Of a stretch of DNA of 64,000 nt, positions 63,284-64,000 are shown piece after piece. The notes below the pieces were generated by a model that saw only the letters and a program-made list of their open reading frames with translations, made no database searches and had not been told where the DNA came from. Numbering within the stretch: position 1 is the stretch's first letter; each line of letters begins with the position of its first letter. This DNA is from Phoronis australis (taxonomy: Eukaryota; Animalia; Phoronida), in NCBI GenBank assembly GCA_002633005.1, contig NMRA01000067.1, positions 1,088,951-1,152,950 of the forward strand, read 5' to 3'. A program made the translations under genes and the position numbers.

Positions 63284-64000
63284 CAGACCCTTCAATTATG
63301 TCAGACTAGATCGCCCAACATAGGGTTTCATCACAAGCAAACCGTGAACCAACACAATGGTTTTTGGAAACCATTGAGGAAATTTATTGAAAACCATGTC
63401 TAGAATACTAATTGTTATCGTTGGAGAGATATAGCATCCTAGAGGTTTAAATAATCATTGATGACAAAGGTGTAAACGAGACATGTCGATTGTTGAACCC
63501 CATTCTTGCTAAAAATACGAATTTAATGCACTTAAGTCCAAATTTTATGAAAGATTAGGCAAAATGAAAAAATGACACCCTCCTCAAATTTTTTGTAGCG
63601 GAAACAATAAAAACCAGAATTAATTCAACGAAGTAAAGTCACTGATAACAGATTTCTATTACGTCGAAAAAAAGGCCACGCGGAGTAAAATTTTAAAAGG
63701 ACAAAAATGTTTAAATACATCACGTCACGACAGTATCTTATCATCGTCTGCAATTGGTGTAATCGCATGAATTGCATGCTGTCCGGCGATAAAATCTCCA
63801 TGATCATGCCGCGGACATCATTTACTTCACTGAAACATGACCAGCAACCCAGCAAGTGCCGTTTTTGTTTTCCGTGATAGTTTAATTTCTCCGTCTGCCC
63901 TATGTTCACCTTTTCGCATTATTTCAGTGCTCCGCTACACATTTCATGCTGTTTTCACGCAGTATATACCAGTGTCGGATTTAGGGGGGGGGGGGGGGGG

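Noticed and set aside
63970-64000. G-run as a G-quadruplex or telomere-like feature
   Set aside because: cagtgtcggatttaggggg looks like the start of a common G-rich MITE terminus cut by the window edge and cannot be evaluated.

Overview
Eukaryotic, intron-rich invertebrate (probably bilaterian; taxon not determinable) genomic DNA with two assembly gaps (22021-22934, 56030-56276). Three spliced genes can be rebuilt by hand with consistent splice phases. (1) A KIAA2026/BRD10-like bromodomain gene on the minus strand: 14 exons from 15505 down to 947, continuing off the left edge. (2) A p24-gamma TMED5/TMED1-like gene on the plus strand, head-to-head with it (16261-27163, 225 aa); its exons 3-4 occur twice across the first gap. 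(3) A 26-coding-exon LRRIQ1-like gene on the minus strand (57523-31377, about 1546 aa). A probable first exon of a fourth gene lies at 62402. The introns hold many non-autonomous mobile elements. The most notable are a 530-bp miniature LTR retrotransposon (TRIM) whose LTRs contain a tRNA-like Pol III promoter, with a tRNA-Ser primer-binding site (PBS) and a polypurine tract (PPT); Helentron-type (HINE/DINE-like) elements carrying ~148-bp tandem monomers that each bear a CTCF-like motif; nested DNA-transposon MITEs; and LINE and Penelope relics. Protein and element family assignments come from recalled sequence similarity, not database searches.
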